Positions 14,523 through 24,713 of a stretch of DNA of 64,000 bases are shown here, piece after piece. The stretch covers positions 1,056,001 through 1,120,000 of the forward strand of contig CBDDDZ010000005.1 of NCBI GenBank assembly GCA_965226795.1, in the 5' to 3' direction. Under the pieces are notes generated by a model, which searched no databases, had not been told where the DNA came from, and saw nothing but the letters and a program-made list of their open reading frames with translations. Each line of letters opens with the position of its first letter. Position 1 is the first letter of the stretch. A program made the translations under genes and the position numbers. This stretch comes from Candidatus Latescibacterota bacterium (GTDB taxonomy: Bacteria; Latescibacterota; UBA2968; GCA-2709665).

Positions 14523-14615
14523 TCCCACCGAAAGCGGGAGACCAAATGCTCACGCGGATGTCTCGACGTCGGAGAAAGGCTATGGGATCAGGTCAATAAG
14601 GGAAGACAGATCGGC

Positions 14616-15638
14616 ATGGATGGAAGGATAAGTGATCCCCAGATGCAAGACCAGGACCAGTTTGAAGGCGACGAGCAATTGCGCCCGGCGCGATTTTCAG
14701 ACATGACCGGACAGGAGAAGGTCAAGGAGAAGCTGCGGATTGCGGTCGATGCGGCAATGCACAGGGGCGACGCCATGGACCACGCGCTTCTCTATGGTCC
14801 TCCGGGGCTGGGAAAGACGACGATGGCATTCGTGCTCGCCAACGAACTGGGGGCCGAAATCGTGCCGACTTCGGGCCCTGTGCTTGAACGTGCGGCGGAC
14901 CTGGCGGGGTTGCTGACCAACTTGAGCGAAAAGGACGTCCTGTTTATCGATGAGATCCATCGGATGAACAGGGTAGTGGAGGAGACACTGTATCCCGCGA
15001 TGGAGGATTTCGTGCTGGACATTATGCTCGACAGTGGTCCCGGCGCGCGTTCTTACAGGGTTCCCCTCGAGCGGTTTACACTCATCGGCGCAACCACACG
15101 TTATGGCCTGTTGACGAGTCCAATGCGAGACCGCTTCGGTATCATCGAACGGCTGGACTTTTATACGAAGACGGAACTGACAACAATCGTCGAGCGTGCC
15201 GCGAGAATATTGAAAATAAAGATCTATCCGGAGGCGGCTTTCGAAATTGCGCGCCGGTCACGGGGTACCGCCCGCATTGCGACACGGCTGTTGCGAAGGT
15301 CGCGGGACTATGCGCAGGCGCGCGCGCAGGGTACCATTACGTTCGATGTCGCGGGTCGCGCGCTGGAATTGGCCGGCATCGATAACGAAGGGCTCGACGA
15401 TATGGACCGTCGACTCCTCTCAATGCTGGTGGAGAAGTATGGAGGCGGTCCGGTTGGCTTGAACAACCTGGCGGCCGCACTGGGAGAGGAGCAGGATACC
15501 ATCGAGGATGTATATGAGCCGTACCTGATTCAGGAAGGTTATCTGCTGCGTACCCACAGGGGGCGCCAGGCAACGTCGCTGGCCTATCGGCATTTGGGGT
15601 TAAGTCCTCCGGAAGGACAGCAGGAGCGCCTGTTATGA
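14616..15638 (+). CDS. ruvB: Holliday junction helicase RuvB
   Basis: [31 protein letters not shown]. Confidence 0.98.
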   Translation: MDGRISDPQMQDQDQFEGDEQLRPARFSDMTGQEKVKEKLRIAVDAAMHRGDAMDHALLYGPPGLGKTTMAFVLANELGAEIVPTSGPVLERAADLAGLLTNLSEKDVLFIDEIHRMNRVVEETLYPAMEDFVLDIMLDSGPGARSYRVPLERFTLIGATTRYGLLTSPMRDRFGIIERLDFYTKTELTTIVERAARILKIKIYPEAAFEIARRSRGTARIATRLLRRSRDYAQARAQGTITFDVAGRALELAGIDNEGLDDMDRRLLSMLVEKYGGGPVGLNNLAAALGEEQDTIEDVYEPYLIQEGYLLRTHRGRQATSLAYRHLGLSPPEGQQERLL

Positions 15639-15685
15639 AGCCGGGCGGTGACGGAAACCGTGCTTTCGTGTCGTAAGGCGGAGCG

Positions 15686-16369
15686 ATGTACGTGTTGGGA
15701 ATCGAAACCTCGACGCCGGTTTGTAGTGTGGGGTTGGTGGAAGACGACCGGATGCTGACGTCTTATTCGCAGAATACAGGGTTGCGGCACGCGGAACGGG
15801 CGATGGCGATGGTTGAACGGGCGGTGGAAGACGCGGGACTCATACCAGCGGACCTGCAGGGGGTGGCTGTGGGGTCGGGACCGGGTTCGTTTACGGGCTT
15901 GCGGATTGGAATGGCCGCGGCGAAGGGCTTGTGTATCGCGTTGAACCTGCCGCTGTTGGCAGTGCCGACACTGAAGGGCATGGCGGCACCGTTTGTCTTC
16001 GAGGGTATGCCGGTCTGCGCTATACTCGATGCCCGTCGTGGCGGAGTCTACGCGGGTGTGTACAGTCTTGACACAGGCGTTCTGACCGCGCGCCTGCCAG
16101 ACGGCGCGTTTCCCCTTGAAGATCTGATGCCGAGACTGCCAAAGCCCGTGCTATTTGTCGGCGGAGGCGGATTGACATACCGGGATCGGATCGAGGCGTG
16201 CATGGGTGCGGACGCCCGGTTTGCCCCCGGAGCCGCCCATCCCAGCGGAGCATCCGTGGCGCTTCTGGGCGTTGAAGCCCTGCGGGCCGGGCATGCGGTC
16301 GACGTGGCGACCGCCGAACCGGAATACATGCGCCTGAGCCAGGCGGAGAATGAGGCAGTCACGCGATAG
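15686..16369 (+). CDS. tsaB: t6A biosynthesis protein TsaB
   Basis: LGIETS, GPGSFTGLRIG, DARRG. Confidence 0.95.
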   Translation: MYVLGIETSTPVCSVGLVEDDRMLTSYSQNTGLRHAERAMAMVERAVEDAGLIPADLQGVAVGSGPGSFTGLRIGMAAAKGLCIALNLPLLAVPTLKGMAAPFVFEGMPVCAILDARRGGVYAGVYSLDTGVLTARLPDGAFPLEDLMPRLPKPVLFVGGGGLTYRDRIEACMGADARFAPGAAHPSGASVALLGVEALRAGHAVDVATAEPEYMRLSQAENEAVTR

Positions 16370-16403
16370 CAGGCCGATGCCTGCTCGAAGGAACTCCGAA
16401 CCA

Positions 16404-16916
16404 ATGCAGTTCGACTTGCAGGCGACATCGGAATTTACACTCTATGAAATGGGCGCAGGGCATCTCGATGCGGTTGTGGATATCGAACGCATGGGATTCG
16501 CGGACCCATGGCGGAAACGGGATTTTGAAGACGCGCTGTCCAGACGGAACAACCATTGCCTTGTTTTCCTGAGTGGTAAACGGGTCGTCGCGTATGCAGT
16601 TGGCTTTCTTGTTGCCGGTGAATATCACCTGGCCGATCTGGCAGTGCATCCCGATTTTCGGCGTCGTGGCCTAGGTCGAAAGTTTATGGAGGCCGTGCTG
16701 AGAGGGTTGCCCACTCGAAATGTAAAGGCAGTTACCCTGGAGGTCCGCGTTTCCAATCTGGCGGCCATCGGGCTCTACAGGCAGCTCGGATTTCGGACGG
16801 TGGCGATTTGCCGCGGGTATTACCGTAAGCCCACGGAAGATGCACTTGTTATGTTGAAGGCGTTGAACGGATGTTCTTCCGAGTGGGCGAACGGCGGCAT
16901 TGCGGCCTTTCGTTAG
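16404..16916 (+). CDS. rimI: Ribosomal protein N-acetyltransferase RimI (start uncertain)
   Basis: LAVHPDFRRRGLG, TLEVRVSN, YY…EDALVM; follows tsaB. Confidence 0.9.
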   Translation: MQFDLQATSEFTLYEMGAGHLDAVVDIERMGFADPWRKRDFEDALSRRNNHCLVFLSGKRVVAYAVGFLVAGEYHLADLAVHPDFRRRGLGRKFMEAVLRGLPTRNVKAVTLEVRVSNLAAIGLYRQLGFRTVAICRGYYRKPTEDALVMLKALNGCSSEWANGGIAAFR

Positions 16917-16938
16917 TCATGTAGCAGGTGAGTGGCGT

Positions 16939-18003
16939 ATGTTCGACCAGGCGGTCGCGGGGCAAAAACGCGTGAAGGAGCGGCTTGAGCGGATGACACG
17001 AAGCGCAAATCTGCCGCATGCCCTCCTGTTTACCGGGCCAGAGGGTACGGGCAAGTTGGCCGCAGCCCTTGAAATGGCGAGGAGCCTTTACTGCGAACAG
17101 GGGAAAAAAGGGTGCTGCGAGAATTGCCGGGGATGCAGGAAAACAGCGGGTTTGAATCATCCGGACCTGTCTATTCTGTTTCCGTTTTCTGCGCGAACGT
17201 CGCCCGAAATGGAGCGAGAGACGTTGCGACAGGTCGCAAGAGATCCTTTCGGGTACCCGCTGCCCGCCGACCACGCCACCCTTTCCATTGAGCAGGTTCG
17301 AATGTTGCAGAAGCAGTTTGCATATGGCGCGTTCGAGGGGGGCTGGCGGGTGGCGGTTGTTATGCATGCGGATCGGATGCGGGTGGAAGCCGCCAATGCC
17401 CTGTTGAAAACGCTGGAAGAACCGCCCGCCCGTTCTCTGCTGATTCTTACGTCATCCACCCAGGAGGCTCTGCTGCCGACGATTGTCTCTCGCTGTCAAT
17501 GGGTGGTGTTTTCGTCCGTAGCGGTTGACGACGTGGCGCGGATGTTGATGGACGGGTTGGGGGTCGACGCCGAAAGGGCGTTGTACATAGCGCGATCCTG
17601 CGGCGGAAGCCTTAGGCGCGCCCGTGAAATGGCCGGCGGGGAGGTCGATGACCTGCAAGACCGGTCGTACAGGTTTCTTTCGGCGCTCCTTTGGGACGAG
17701 GAGGTCAGAACCCACGCGGCACTGGAGAAACTGGCTGCAGATCGAGATGAAGCGCTGCAACTGCTCGGCGGCGCGGAGGTGTGGCTGCGGGACGTCCTGC
17801 TTCTCCGGTATGGCGATGCCGATGGAGTGACCCACAAGCGAAGGGCGGAAGATATTCAGCGTTTGTCCCGTGCGTTCGGCCTGGAGAGATTGCAGCGGAC
17901 AGCCGGCAGGATCGAGTCGGTGCGGGAAATGAATCGCCGCAACGTGAATCTGTACGTCGGCCTCGTTTCGCTCTGGCGCGAGGTCAAGAGAGTCGGTAAT
18001 TAG
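16939..18003 (+). CDS. holB: DNA polymerase III delta' subunit
   Basis: HALLFTGPEGTGK, Zn-binding cysteines, HPD, AANALLKTLEEP, TIVSRC. Confidence 0.93.
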   Translation: MFDQAVAGQKRVKERLERMTRSANLPHALLFTGPEGTGKLAAALEMARSLYCEQGKKGCCENCRGCRKTAGLNHPDLSILFPFSARTSPEMERETLRQVARDPFGYPLPADHATLSIEQVRMLQKQFAYGAFEGGWRVAVVMHADRMRVEAANALLKTLEEPPARSLLILTSSTQEALLPTIVSRCQWVVFSSVAVDDVARMLMDGLGVDAERALYIARSCGGSLRRAREMAGGEVDDLQDRSYRFLSALLWDEEVRTHAALEKLAADRDEALQLLGGAEVWLRDVLLLRYGDADGVTHKRRAEDIQRLSRAFGLERLQRTAGRIESVREMNRRNVNLYVGLVSLWREVKRVGN

Positions 18004-18175
18004 TCGGCTTGCCCTTCGGACACCGTCAAGCATCGAATTTATCGCCTTGACAGACGGGCGAATCTCGAAGCGATAGGCGCTCAGCAGACAGCGGCCAGCC
18101 CCTTCTACCGGAAACCAATCGCCGTTTGCGTTGTCTGAACATTTCCGTCTCGCGACTTGCAGCCTTTATAATTCG

Positions 18176-18425
18176 GTGAGAAGGTAGACGTAAGACGTTT
18201 GAGGAACACACCCGGACAAGAGCGAGACGCCAGAAGTGAGAAGTAAGAGGTCCAACCCTCTCCCCGCGGATCTCGCACCCGAGTGTGTATACCGCCCGTC
18301 GAAATCGCTATAGCTTCGTCTTGGCGAGGGTCGGTACGCGGAACGTCAAGTGTCGAGGTTGTCTGCACGTCTGGCCTCTTGCGGTCTTTTTTGCATTTTC
18401 TAACGTCTTCCGTCTCACGTCCTGC
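18176..18425. repeat. Inverted arrays of degenerate 7-bp tandem repeats (GYNAGA(C/A))
   Basis: Left blocks 18176-18203 and 18222-18249; reverse-complement blocks 18361-18382 and 18398-18425. Confidence 0.7.
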
Positions 18426-18493
18426 TCCTGGGTTGGGGTGGATGGGCGGCGCGACCGCTGACAGCTTGTTTTCAGACCTGGAAGGTTGGGTGA

Positions 18494-20398
18494 ATGGGGC
18501 GGTTCTATATTACAACACCGATATACTATGTGAATGACGAGCCGCATCTTGGCCATGCATACACGACCATCGTGGCGGATGTGTTTGCCAGGTATCATCG
18601 GGTTGCGGGCGACGAAGTGCTGTTTCTGACCGGGACGGACGAGCACGGTCAGAAAGTGGCGCAGGCAGCGAAGGAGCGCGGGATCAATCCGCAGGAACAC
18701 TGCGACGAGATGGTCGAGCGCTTCCGGAAACTCTGGTCGTTTTTGAATATCTCATACGATGACTTCATCCGTACAACCGAATCCAGGCATCGGCACGTCG
18801 TGCAGGAGATTCTTCAGCGTCTCTACGACGCGGGGGAGATCTACGCGGACGATTACGAGGGCTGGTATTGCGTGCCGGACGAACGGTTTTGGACGGAGAA
18901 GGATCTGTTGGACGGGAAATGTCCGGAGTGCGGGCGCAAGGTGGCGCGGATATCCGAGAAGAATTATTTCTTCCGCATGGGGAAATATCAAAAGTGGCTG
19001 ACAGACCACATCCGAAACGATTCAACCTTTGTGCTTCCCGCAACGCGCAGAAACGAGATGCTCGGGTTTCTGCGCCGGCCATTGAACGATTTGTGTATCT
19101 CCCGTCCGAAGGCCCGCTTGTCATGGGGCATTCCATTGCCATTTGACAACTCGTATGTGTGTTATGTCTGGTTCGACGCGCTGATCAATTACATTACGGC
19201 CGCGGGTTATCTTCAGGATACCCATGCGTTTGCACGGTGGTGGCCCGCTTCCTGCCATCTGATAGGCAAAGACATTCTGACCACGCACTGCATCTACTGG
19301 CCGACGATGTTGAAGGCTATGGGTGTTGAGACTCCGGACACGGTGATGGCCCATGGGTGGTGGCTCGTCGACGACGAAAAGATGAGCAAGTCTCTGGGCA
19401 ATGCGATTCGTCCCCTGGATCTGGCGGAGAAATACGGCGTGGACGCCTTTCGATATTTTCTGGTACGCGAGATGGTGCTGGGGATGGACAGCAGTTTCGG
19501 CGAATCGGGATTCGTCCACCGGTATAATTCCGAATTGGCAAACGACCTGGGCAATTTACTGAATCGCACCGTCGTTATGGCCACCAGATACCTGGGCGGG
19601 CGGGTGCCCGAGGCAGACGTGAACCACCCTGACCTTTCCGCGTTGAAAGGGCAGGCGCGCAAGACGCTGGATGGCGTGATCGACGCGCTGGGAAACATGA
19701 ACCCCACGGGAATTCTCGATGCGATATGGGACCTCGTCCGGCAGGCAAATCGTTTCGCGGAAGTGCAGGCGCCGTGGAGCCTGGCCAGGGATCCTGACAG
19801 CAAAGAAACACTTAGGGCGACAATCTACGGCCTTCTTGAAACGATGCGCTATCTGGCGGTGCTGCTCTTTCCGGTGCTGCCCGGTAAGGCAGGGGAGATC
19901 TGGGAGCAGATAGGTGCGGATGGCGATTTGGATATGCAGACGATGCATGCCCTTCATTCCTGGGGCGGTCTGCGCGCCGGGGCGGAGGTAAGTGCACGTG
20001 GCCCGATTTTTCCCAGGATCGAGTCGGTAGAAGAAGACCTCTTGGAGAAAAATGACATGGCTGACAGGAAAGAAGATCTGGTAACGTTCAAGGAGTTTCA
20101 GAAGCTTGAGTTTCGCGTGGCCACGGTGGAATCCGCCAAACGAGTTCCCGGCGCCGACCGGCTGCTGACACTGCGGGTCAGCCTGGGTGACCAGCAGCGC
20201 CAGATTGTGGCCGGGTTGGCGGAACATTATCTCCCGGAATCGCTGGTGGGGCGTCAGATTGTGGTGGTGGCCAATATGGAGCCGGCGACCATCCGCGGCG
20301 TGGCGTCGGAAGGTATGCTGCTGGCGGCGGCGGCGGACGGTCGTGTTGCCCTTCTCCAGCCGGATGCACGCGTTCCCGACGGAGCGGAGGTGGGTTGA
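18494..20398 (+). CDS. metG: Methionine--tRNA ligase with C-terminal tRNA-binding domain
   Basis: YITTPIYY, HLGH, TGTDEHG, YVWFDAL, KMSKS. Confidence 0.98.
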   Translation: MGRFYITTPIYYVNDEPHLGHAYTTIVADVFARYHRVAGDEVLFLTGTDEHGQKVAQAAKERGINPQEHCDEMVERFRKLWSFLNISYDDFIRTTESRHRHVVQEILQRLYDAGEIYADDYEGWYCVPDERFWTEKDLLDGKCPECGRKVARISEKNYFFRMGKYQKWLTDHIRNDSTFVLPATRRNEMLGFLRRPLNDLCISRPKARLSWGIPLPFDNSYVCYVWFDALINYITAAGYLQDTHAFARWWPASCHLIGKDILTTHCIYWPTMLKAMGVETPDTVMAHGWWLVDDEKMSKSLGNAIRPLDLAEKYGVDAFRYFLVREMVLGMDSSFGESGFVHRYNSELANDLGNLLNRTVVMATRYLGGRVPEADVNHPDLSALKGQARKTLDGVIDALGNMNPTGILDAIWDLVRQANRFAEVQAPWSLARDPDSKETLRATIYGLLETMRYLAVLLFPVLPGKAGEIWEQIGADGDLDMQTMHALHSWGGLRAGAEVSARGPIFPRIESVEEDLLEKNDMADRKEDLVTFKEFQKLEFRVATVESAKRVPGADRLLTLRVSLGDQQRQIVAGLAEHYLPESLVGRQIVVVANMEPATIRGVASEGMLLAAAADGRVALLQPDARVPDGAEVG

Positions 20399-21168
20399 GG
20401 ACAATGCTTGTCGATACCCATGCCCATCTGAATTTTCCACAGTTTCTGGGGGAGGAAGAAGCGATTATCCGGCGGGCCAGCGAGGCAGGGGTAGGACGCA
20501 TTGTCAACGTGGGTACAAACCTGGATGTGAGCCGTAGGGCGCTGGATCTGGCTTTGCGGCACGAGGGAATCTATGCAACCGTGGGGTTCCATCCGCACGA
20601 CGTCGAACTGGCCGACGCGTCCGGCTTGAAGGCGCTGAAGCGGCTTGCATTAAATGAGAAGGTTGTGGCGGTGGGTGAGACGGGTCTGGATTTCTATCGG
20701 GATTATGCGCCCCGAACCCTTCAGGAGCGGATTTTCCGGTTTCATATACGCCTGGCACGGCAGGCGGGACTTCCGCTTATTATCCACAGTCGCGGCGCCG
20801 AGGACCGGGCAATGGAGATTCTCGAGGCCGAAGGCGGCATTGCGACTGGGGGGGCGTTGCACTGTTTTGGCGGACATCCGGACCAGGCGAAGCGGGCAGT
20901 GGATCTTGGCTTCCATCTGGGATTCGGCGGAACGGTGACGTATAAACGCTCCTCTTCGTTATCTGTGGCGATGGGCATTCCGCCGGATAGGGTGCTACTG
21001 GAGACCGATTGCCCGTATCTTGCGCCGGTCCCGCATCGGGGCCGGCGGAATGAACCGGCTTACGTAAGGCAAATTGCCGAGTTCCTCGCCCGATGCGCGG
21101 ACGAGCCGGTGGAAAGGTTAGCCGCTCGAACCACGGAGAATGCCCGCCGGCTTTTCGGGTTGATGTGA
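20395..21168 (+). CDS. tatD: TatD family hydrolase
   Basis: DTHAH, GFHPH, GETGLD, ETDCPYL, RNEP. Confidence 0.95.
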   Translation: MRTMLVDTHAHLNFPQFLGEEEAIIRRASEAGVGRIVNVGTNLDVSRRALDLALRHEGIYATVGFHPHDVELADASGLKALKRLALNEKVVAVGETGLDFYRDYAPRTLQERIFRFHIRLARQAGLPLIIHSRGAEDRAMEILEAEGGIATGGALHCFGGHPDQAKRAVDLGFHLGFGGTVTYKRSSSLSVAMGIPPDRVLLETDCPYLAPVPHRGRRNEPAYVRQIAEFLARCADEPVERLAARTTENARRLFGLM

Positions 21169-21968
21169 TGATGAAGCCCAAAAAGGGCCTTGCGCAGCAT
21201 TTTCTGACCGACGCAGGGACCGCCCACAAGATTGTCAGAGCGGCTGGCGCCAACGCGGACGATCTGGTCGTTGAAATCGGCCCGGGCCGAGGCGCGCTGA
21301 CCGACCCATTGTTGGCGCAATCGGCTAGGGTGATCGGGATCGAACGGGATGAGGCGCTGTGTGGTTTCCTGCTGTCGAAATTCGGCCACAGATTGCGTCT
21401 GTGCAACCAGGATGTGTTAGCTGTTGACTTTCGAGAACTGATTCGCGGGCAAGGATTTGAACGGGCGATTCTGGTGGGCAACCTGCCGTACAACATCACG
21501 GGTGCGGTTATCCAGCGAATCCTGGATGCACGGGTCCAGTTTAGGCGAGCCGTCCTGACCGTTCAGCGGGAGGTTGCCCGACGGATCGTCGCCGCGCCGG
21601 GCAGCAGGGACTATGGGGTTCTATCGATTGCCGTTCAGCTGCATACCCGACCCGAGATACTCTTCGACCTGTCTCCCGGTGTGTTTTATCCGGCACCCAG
21701 GGTCTTTTCGTCCGTTATGCGACTGGACTTCGACCGTAAGACGCCCTTCCGGATCCGGGATGAGGAATTCTTCTTTCGCGTGGTCCGTACGGCTTTCGGT
21801 CAGCGACGGAAGATGTTGAAGAATACCCTTCTGGGTATGGTAAACGGCAAGATTGAGATCCTGCAGCGCGTGGGTGCAGTGGCGGACATTGATTTCAGGT
21901 TGCGACCGGAAGCGATTTCCATATCGCAGTTTGAGCGGATTTGCCGCGCTCTCAAGGCATCCTGTTAA
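21168..21968 (+). CDS. rsmA: 16S rRNA A1518/A1519 dimethyltransferase
   Basis: QHFL, EIGPGRG, GNLPYNI, QRRKML. Confidence 0.96.
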   Translation: MMKPKKGLAQHFLTDAGTAHKIVRAAGANADDLVVEIGPGRGALTDPLLAQSARVIGIERDEALCGFLLSKFGHRLRLCNQDVLAVDFRELIRGQGFERAILVGNLPYNITGAVIQRILDARVQFRRAVLTVQREVARRIVAAPGSRDYGVLSIAVQLHTRPEILFDLSPGVFYPAPRVFSSVMRLDFDRKTPFRIRDEEFFFRVVRTAFGQRRKMLKNTLLGMVNGKIEILQRVGAVADIDFRLRPEAISISQFERICRALKASC

Positions 21969-22266
21969 AATACCGGGCATATTCGACGGATCCGATAACG
22001 TTTATGTGGAACACGCCATTGCGGATTGCCGACATTGCCGCGCAGAATCGTCCGCCCGGCCAATACCCTGTCCACATCGGGCGTTGTGGACCTGTGCATA
22101 AATGAAGAAGGTGTTGGGAAGTTCCAGGTTGAATCCACCTGATGGGTACACGGCTCCCACGGCCCGCAAAGGGCCGGCGGCGGGAGTAAAGGGTGACGTG
22201 ATGCAGGCGATATGTCTGTGAGGGACGTTTCCAGCAGAATACACATCCATCCAAAAAGGATTAGAA

Positions 22267-23196
22267 ATGCCTCCGATGCCGAAGGCGGACAAGATCTGGT
22301 TTAACGGAAAGTTCGTGGATTGGGACGACGCCAGGATTCACGTGTTGTCACACGTCGTGCACTACGGATCCAGTGTATTTGAGGGGGTTCGCTGTTACAA
22401 TACGCGGAGGGGACCGGCCTGTTTCCGTTTGGCGGATCACGTGAACCGTCTGTACGATTCTGCCAAGATCTACCGGATGCCAATTCCCTATGAACGTGAG
22501 GAATTGTCTCAGGCCATTCCGGAGTCCATCCGCACGAACGGACTGAAGGCCTGTTATGTGCGTCCCGTCATCTTTCGAGGATACCGGAGTCTGGGCGTGG
22601 ATCCCTCGTCCTGTCCCGTCGAAGTCGTGATCGCCGTGTGGGAATGGGGCGCCTATCTGGGCGAGGACGCTCTGGAAAAGGGGGCCATGGTGCGATTTTC
22701 CTCGTGGAACCGCCTCGCGCCAAATACGATGCCGTCGTTGGCCAAGGTGGGGGCCAATTACATGAACTCGCAGCTGATCAAGCTGGAGGCGCTCGCGGAT
22801 GGATACGTGGAAGGGATCGCGCTGGATGCACAGGGCCACGTGAGCGAAGCCAGCGGAGAAAACATCTTTATGGTGAAGAACGGCGCGATCTACACCCCCT
22901 CCACCGGATCGTCGATTCTGCCTGGTATTACCCGTCATACGGTGATTACGCTGGCGCGAGATCTGGGATACGCGGTCACTCAGCGCGCCATCCCGAGAGA
23001 GTCATTATATATCGCCGATGAAGTCTTTTTTACGGGCACGGCGGCCGAGGTGACGCCAATTGCGCAGATTGATCACATTCCGATCGGCGAAGGGACCCGC
23101 GGGCCCATCACAAAGGCGCTGCAGGACGCTTTTTTTGGTGTTGTGTCGGGCGAGACGGACGACCGGCACGGCTGGTTGACCTTTGTTAATCAATGA
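22267..23196 (+). CDS. ilvE: Branched-chain amino acid aminotransferase
   Basis: [35 protein letters not shown]. Confidence 0.96.
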   Translation: MPPMPKADKIWFNGKFVDWDDARIHVLSHVVHYGSSVFEGVRCYNTRRGPACFRLADHVNRLYDSAKIYRMPIPYEREELSQAIPESIRTNGLKACYVRPVIFRGYRSLGVDPSSCPVEVVIAVWEWGAYLGEDALEKGAMVRFSSWNRLAPNTMPSLAKVGANYMNSQLIKLEALADGYVEGIALDAQGHVSEASGENIFMVKNGAIYTPSTGSSILPGITRHTVITLARDLGYAVTQRAIPRESLYIADEVFFTGTAAEVTPIAQIDHIPIGEGTRGPITKALQDAFFGVVSGETDDRHGWLTFVNQ

Positions 23197-23265
23197 ACCC
23201 ATAATTATCCTGGAAACCACGTTAACACAAAGGAACTCCGGATCGAACGCGCCGGATGCACGGAT

Positions 23266-24084
23266 ATGGACGAAATCAGAGACAAAAATATTGCCGTCGT
23301 CGGTGCCGGAAATATGGGCGGTGCGTTGATTGCGGGTCTGGTGCAATCCGGTACTCTGCCGCCGGAACGGGTGACGGCCGTGGATATCGACGCTGCATTG
23401 TTGGACGAGCATCGGCAGACGCTGGGGGTGAATACAAGCCGTGACGCCGCTGCAGTCGCCGCGGAACAGGACGTGGTGGTACTGGGTTTGAAGCCTCAGG
23501 TCTGGGCCTCGGTTGTCGCACCGCTTGTGCCGTCGCTTACCGGTCGACAGATGGTGCTTTCGATTATGGGCGGCGTACGTACCGAGGCGATTGAAGAAGT
23601 ACTGGGCGGGCGGGTTCCGGTTGTGCGGGCGATGCCGAATATTCTTGCGCAGATTCGTGCGTCTGTGGCTGCCATTTGCCCGGGGCGATTCACGCAGGAA
23701 GCACATATGGCGGCGGCTGAAGCCATCCTGCAAACGGTCGGTGAGTCGGTGCGCTTGAGCGAAGCACAAATGGATGCTGTAACGGGGCTTTCCGGCAGCG
23801 GCCCCGCATTTGTGTATCTAATAATCGATGCGCTGGCCGACGGGGGCGTGAAGATGGGAATTCCGAAGCCCGTGGCGCTAAAACTGGCCGCACACACGGT
23901 TTTTGGCAGCGCAAAGATGGTGATCCAGAGCGGACAGCACCCGGCGGTGTTGAAAGACCAGGTTACGTCCGCTGGCGGTACGACCATAGCCGGATTGCAG
24001 GCCCTGGAACAAGGCGGAATTCGCGCTGCGTTGATGAAGGCGGTGGAGGCTGCGACTCGGCGGTCGGAGGAGTTGGGAGCATAA
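23266..24084 (+). CDS. proC: Pyrroline-5-carboxylate reductase
   Basis: GAGNMG, RAMPN, GSGPA, VTSAGGTT. Confidence 0.96.
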   Translation: MDEIRDKNIAVVGAGNMGGALIAGLVQSGTLPPERVTAVDIDAALLDEHRQTLGVNTSRDAAAVAAEQDVVVLGLKPQVWASVVAPLVPSLTGRQMVLSIMGGVRTEAIEEVLGGRVPVVRAMPNILAQIRASVAAICPGRFTQEAHMAAAEAILQTVGESVRLSEAQMDAVTGLSGSGPAFVYLIIDALADGGVKMGIPKPVALKLAAHTVFGSAKMVIQSGQHPAVLKDQVTSAGGTTIAGLQALEQGGIRAALMKAVEAATRRSEELGA

Positions 24085-24107
24085 CGGGGTTACGGACGGG
24101 GGTTGTA

Positions 24108-24713
24108 ATGATTGTAATTGTGAACTGCGGCATGGGCAATCTGCGAAGCGTGCAAAAGGGATTTGAACGCGTCGGTCACGCCGCGGTGATTACGGATCGC
24201 CCGGAAGATGTGAACCGTGCTGACCGCGTGGTATTGCCCGGAGTCGGGGCCTTTGGAGATGCGATGGTGAACCTGAATGCAGCGGGGCTGATCGAACCCC
24301 TCATGGATTCGATTGCCAGCGGTCGTCCATTCCTGGGGATCTGCGTCGGTCTCCAGCTTCTTTTTACCGAAAGCAACGAGATGGGCCGCCACCGCGGATT
24401 TGGCGTTTTACCCGGTTCTGTACGACGGTTCCCGGACGGTGTGCGAGTACCGCAGATCGGGTGGAACCAGATTCAAATCCAAAAACAGACGCCACTTCTG
24501 ACGGGCATTCCCGACGAGGCATTCTTCTATTTCGTGCATTCATACTACGTGGATCCTGAAGTCGAGACAGATTGTGTGGCGACAACGGATTACGCGCTTG
24601 ACTACACGTCGATCGCGGGCCGAGGGGCCACCTACGGGATACAGTTTCACCCCGAGAAGAGCCAGGACCTCGGACTGCGAATCCTGAAGAATTTCGTGGA
24701 GCGGGTATGCTAG
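24108..24713 (+). CDS. hisH: Imidazole glycerol phosphate synthase, glutaminase subunit
   Basis: GNLRSV, PGVGAF, GICVGLQ, QFHPEKS. Confidence 0.97.
   Translation: MIVIVNCGMGNLRSVQKGFERVGHAAVITDRPEDVNRADRVVLPGVGAFGDAMVNLNAAGLIEPLMDSIASGRPFLGICVGLQLLFTESNEMGRHRGFGVLPGSVRRFPDGVRVPQIGWNQIQIQKQTPLLTGIPDEAFFYFVHSYYVDPEVETDCVATTDYALDYTSIAGRGATYGIQFHPEKSQDLGLRILKNFVERVC

Noticed and set aside
18176..18425. CRISPR array, T-box or 6S RNA interpretation of the holB-metG repeats
   Set aside because: Units are 7 bp with no spacers and no cas genes nearby; there is no T-box UGGN-ACC antiterminator; the pairing arises from tandem heptamers rather than 6S consensus motifs.
22100..22200. Cobalamin riboswitch or T-box upstream of ilvE
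   Set aside because: GGGAA and AAGGGTG fragments are present, but the GCCACTG B12 box and the TGGNACC consensus are missing.
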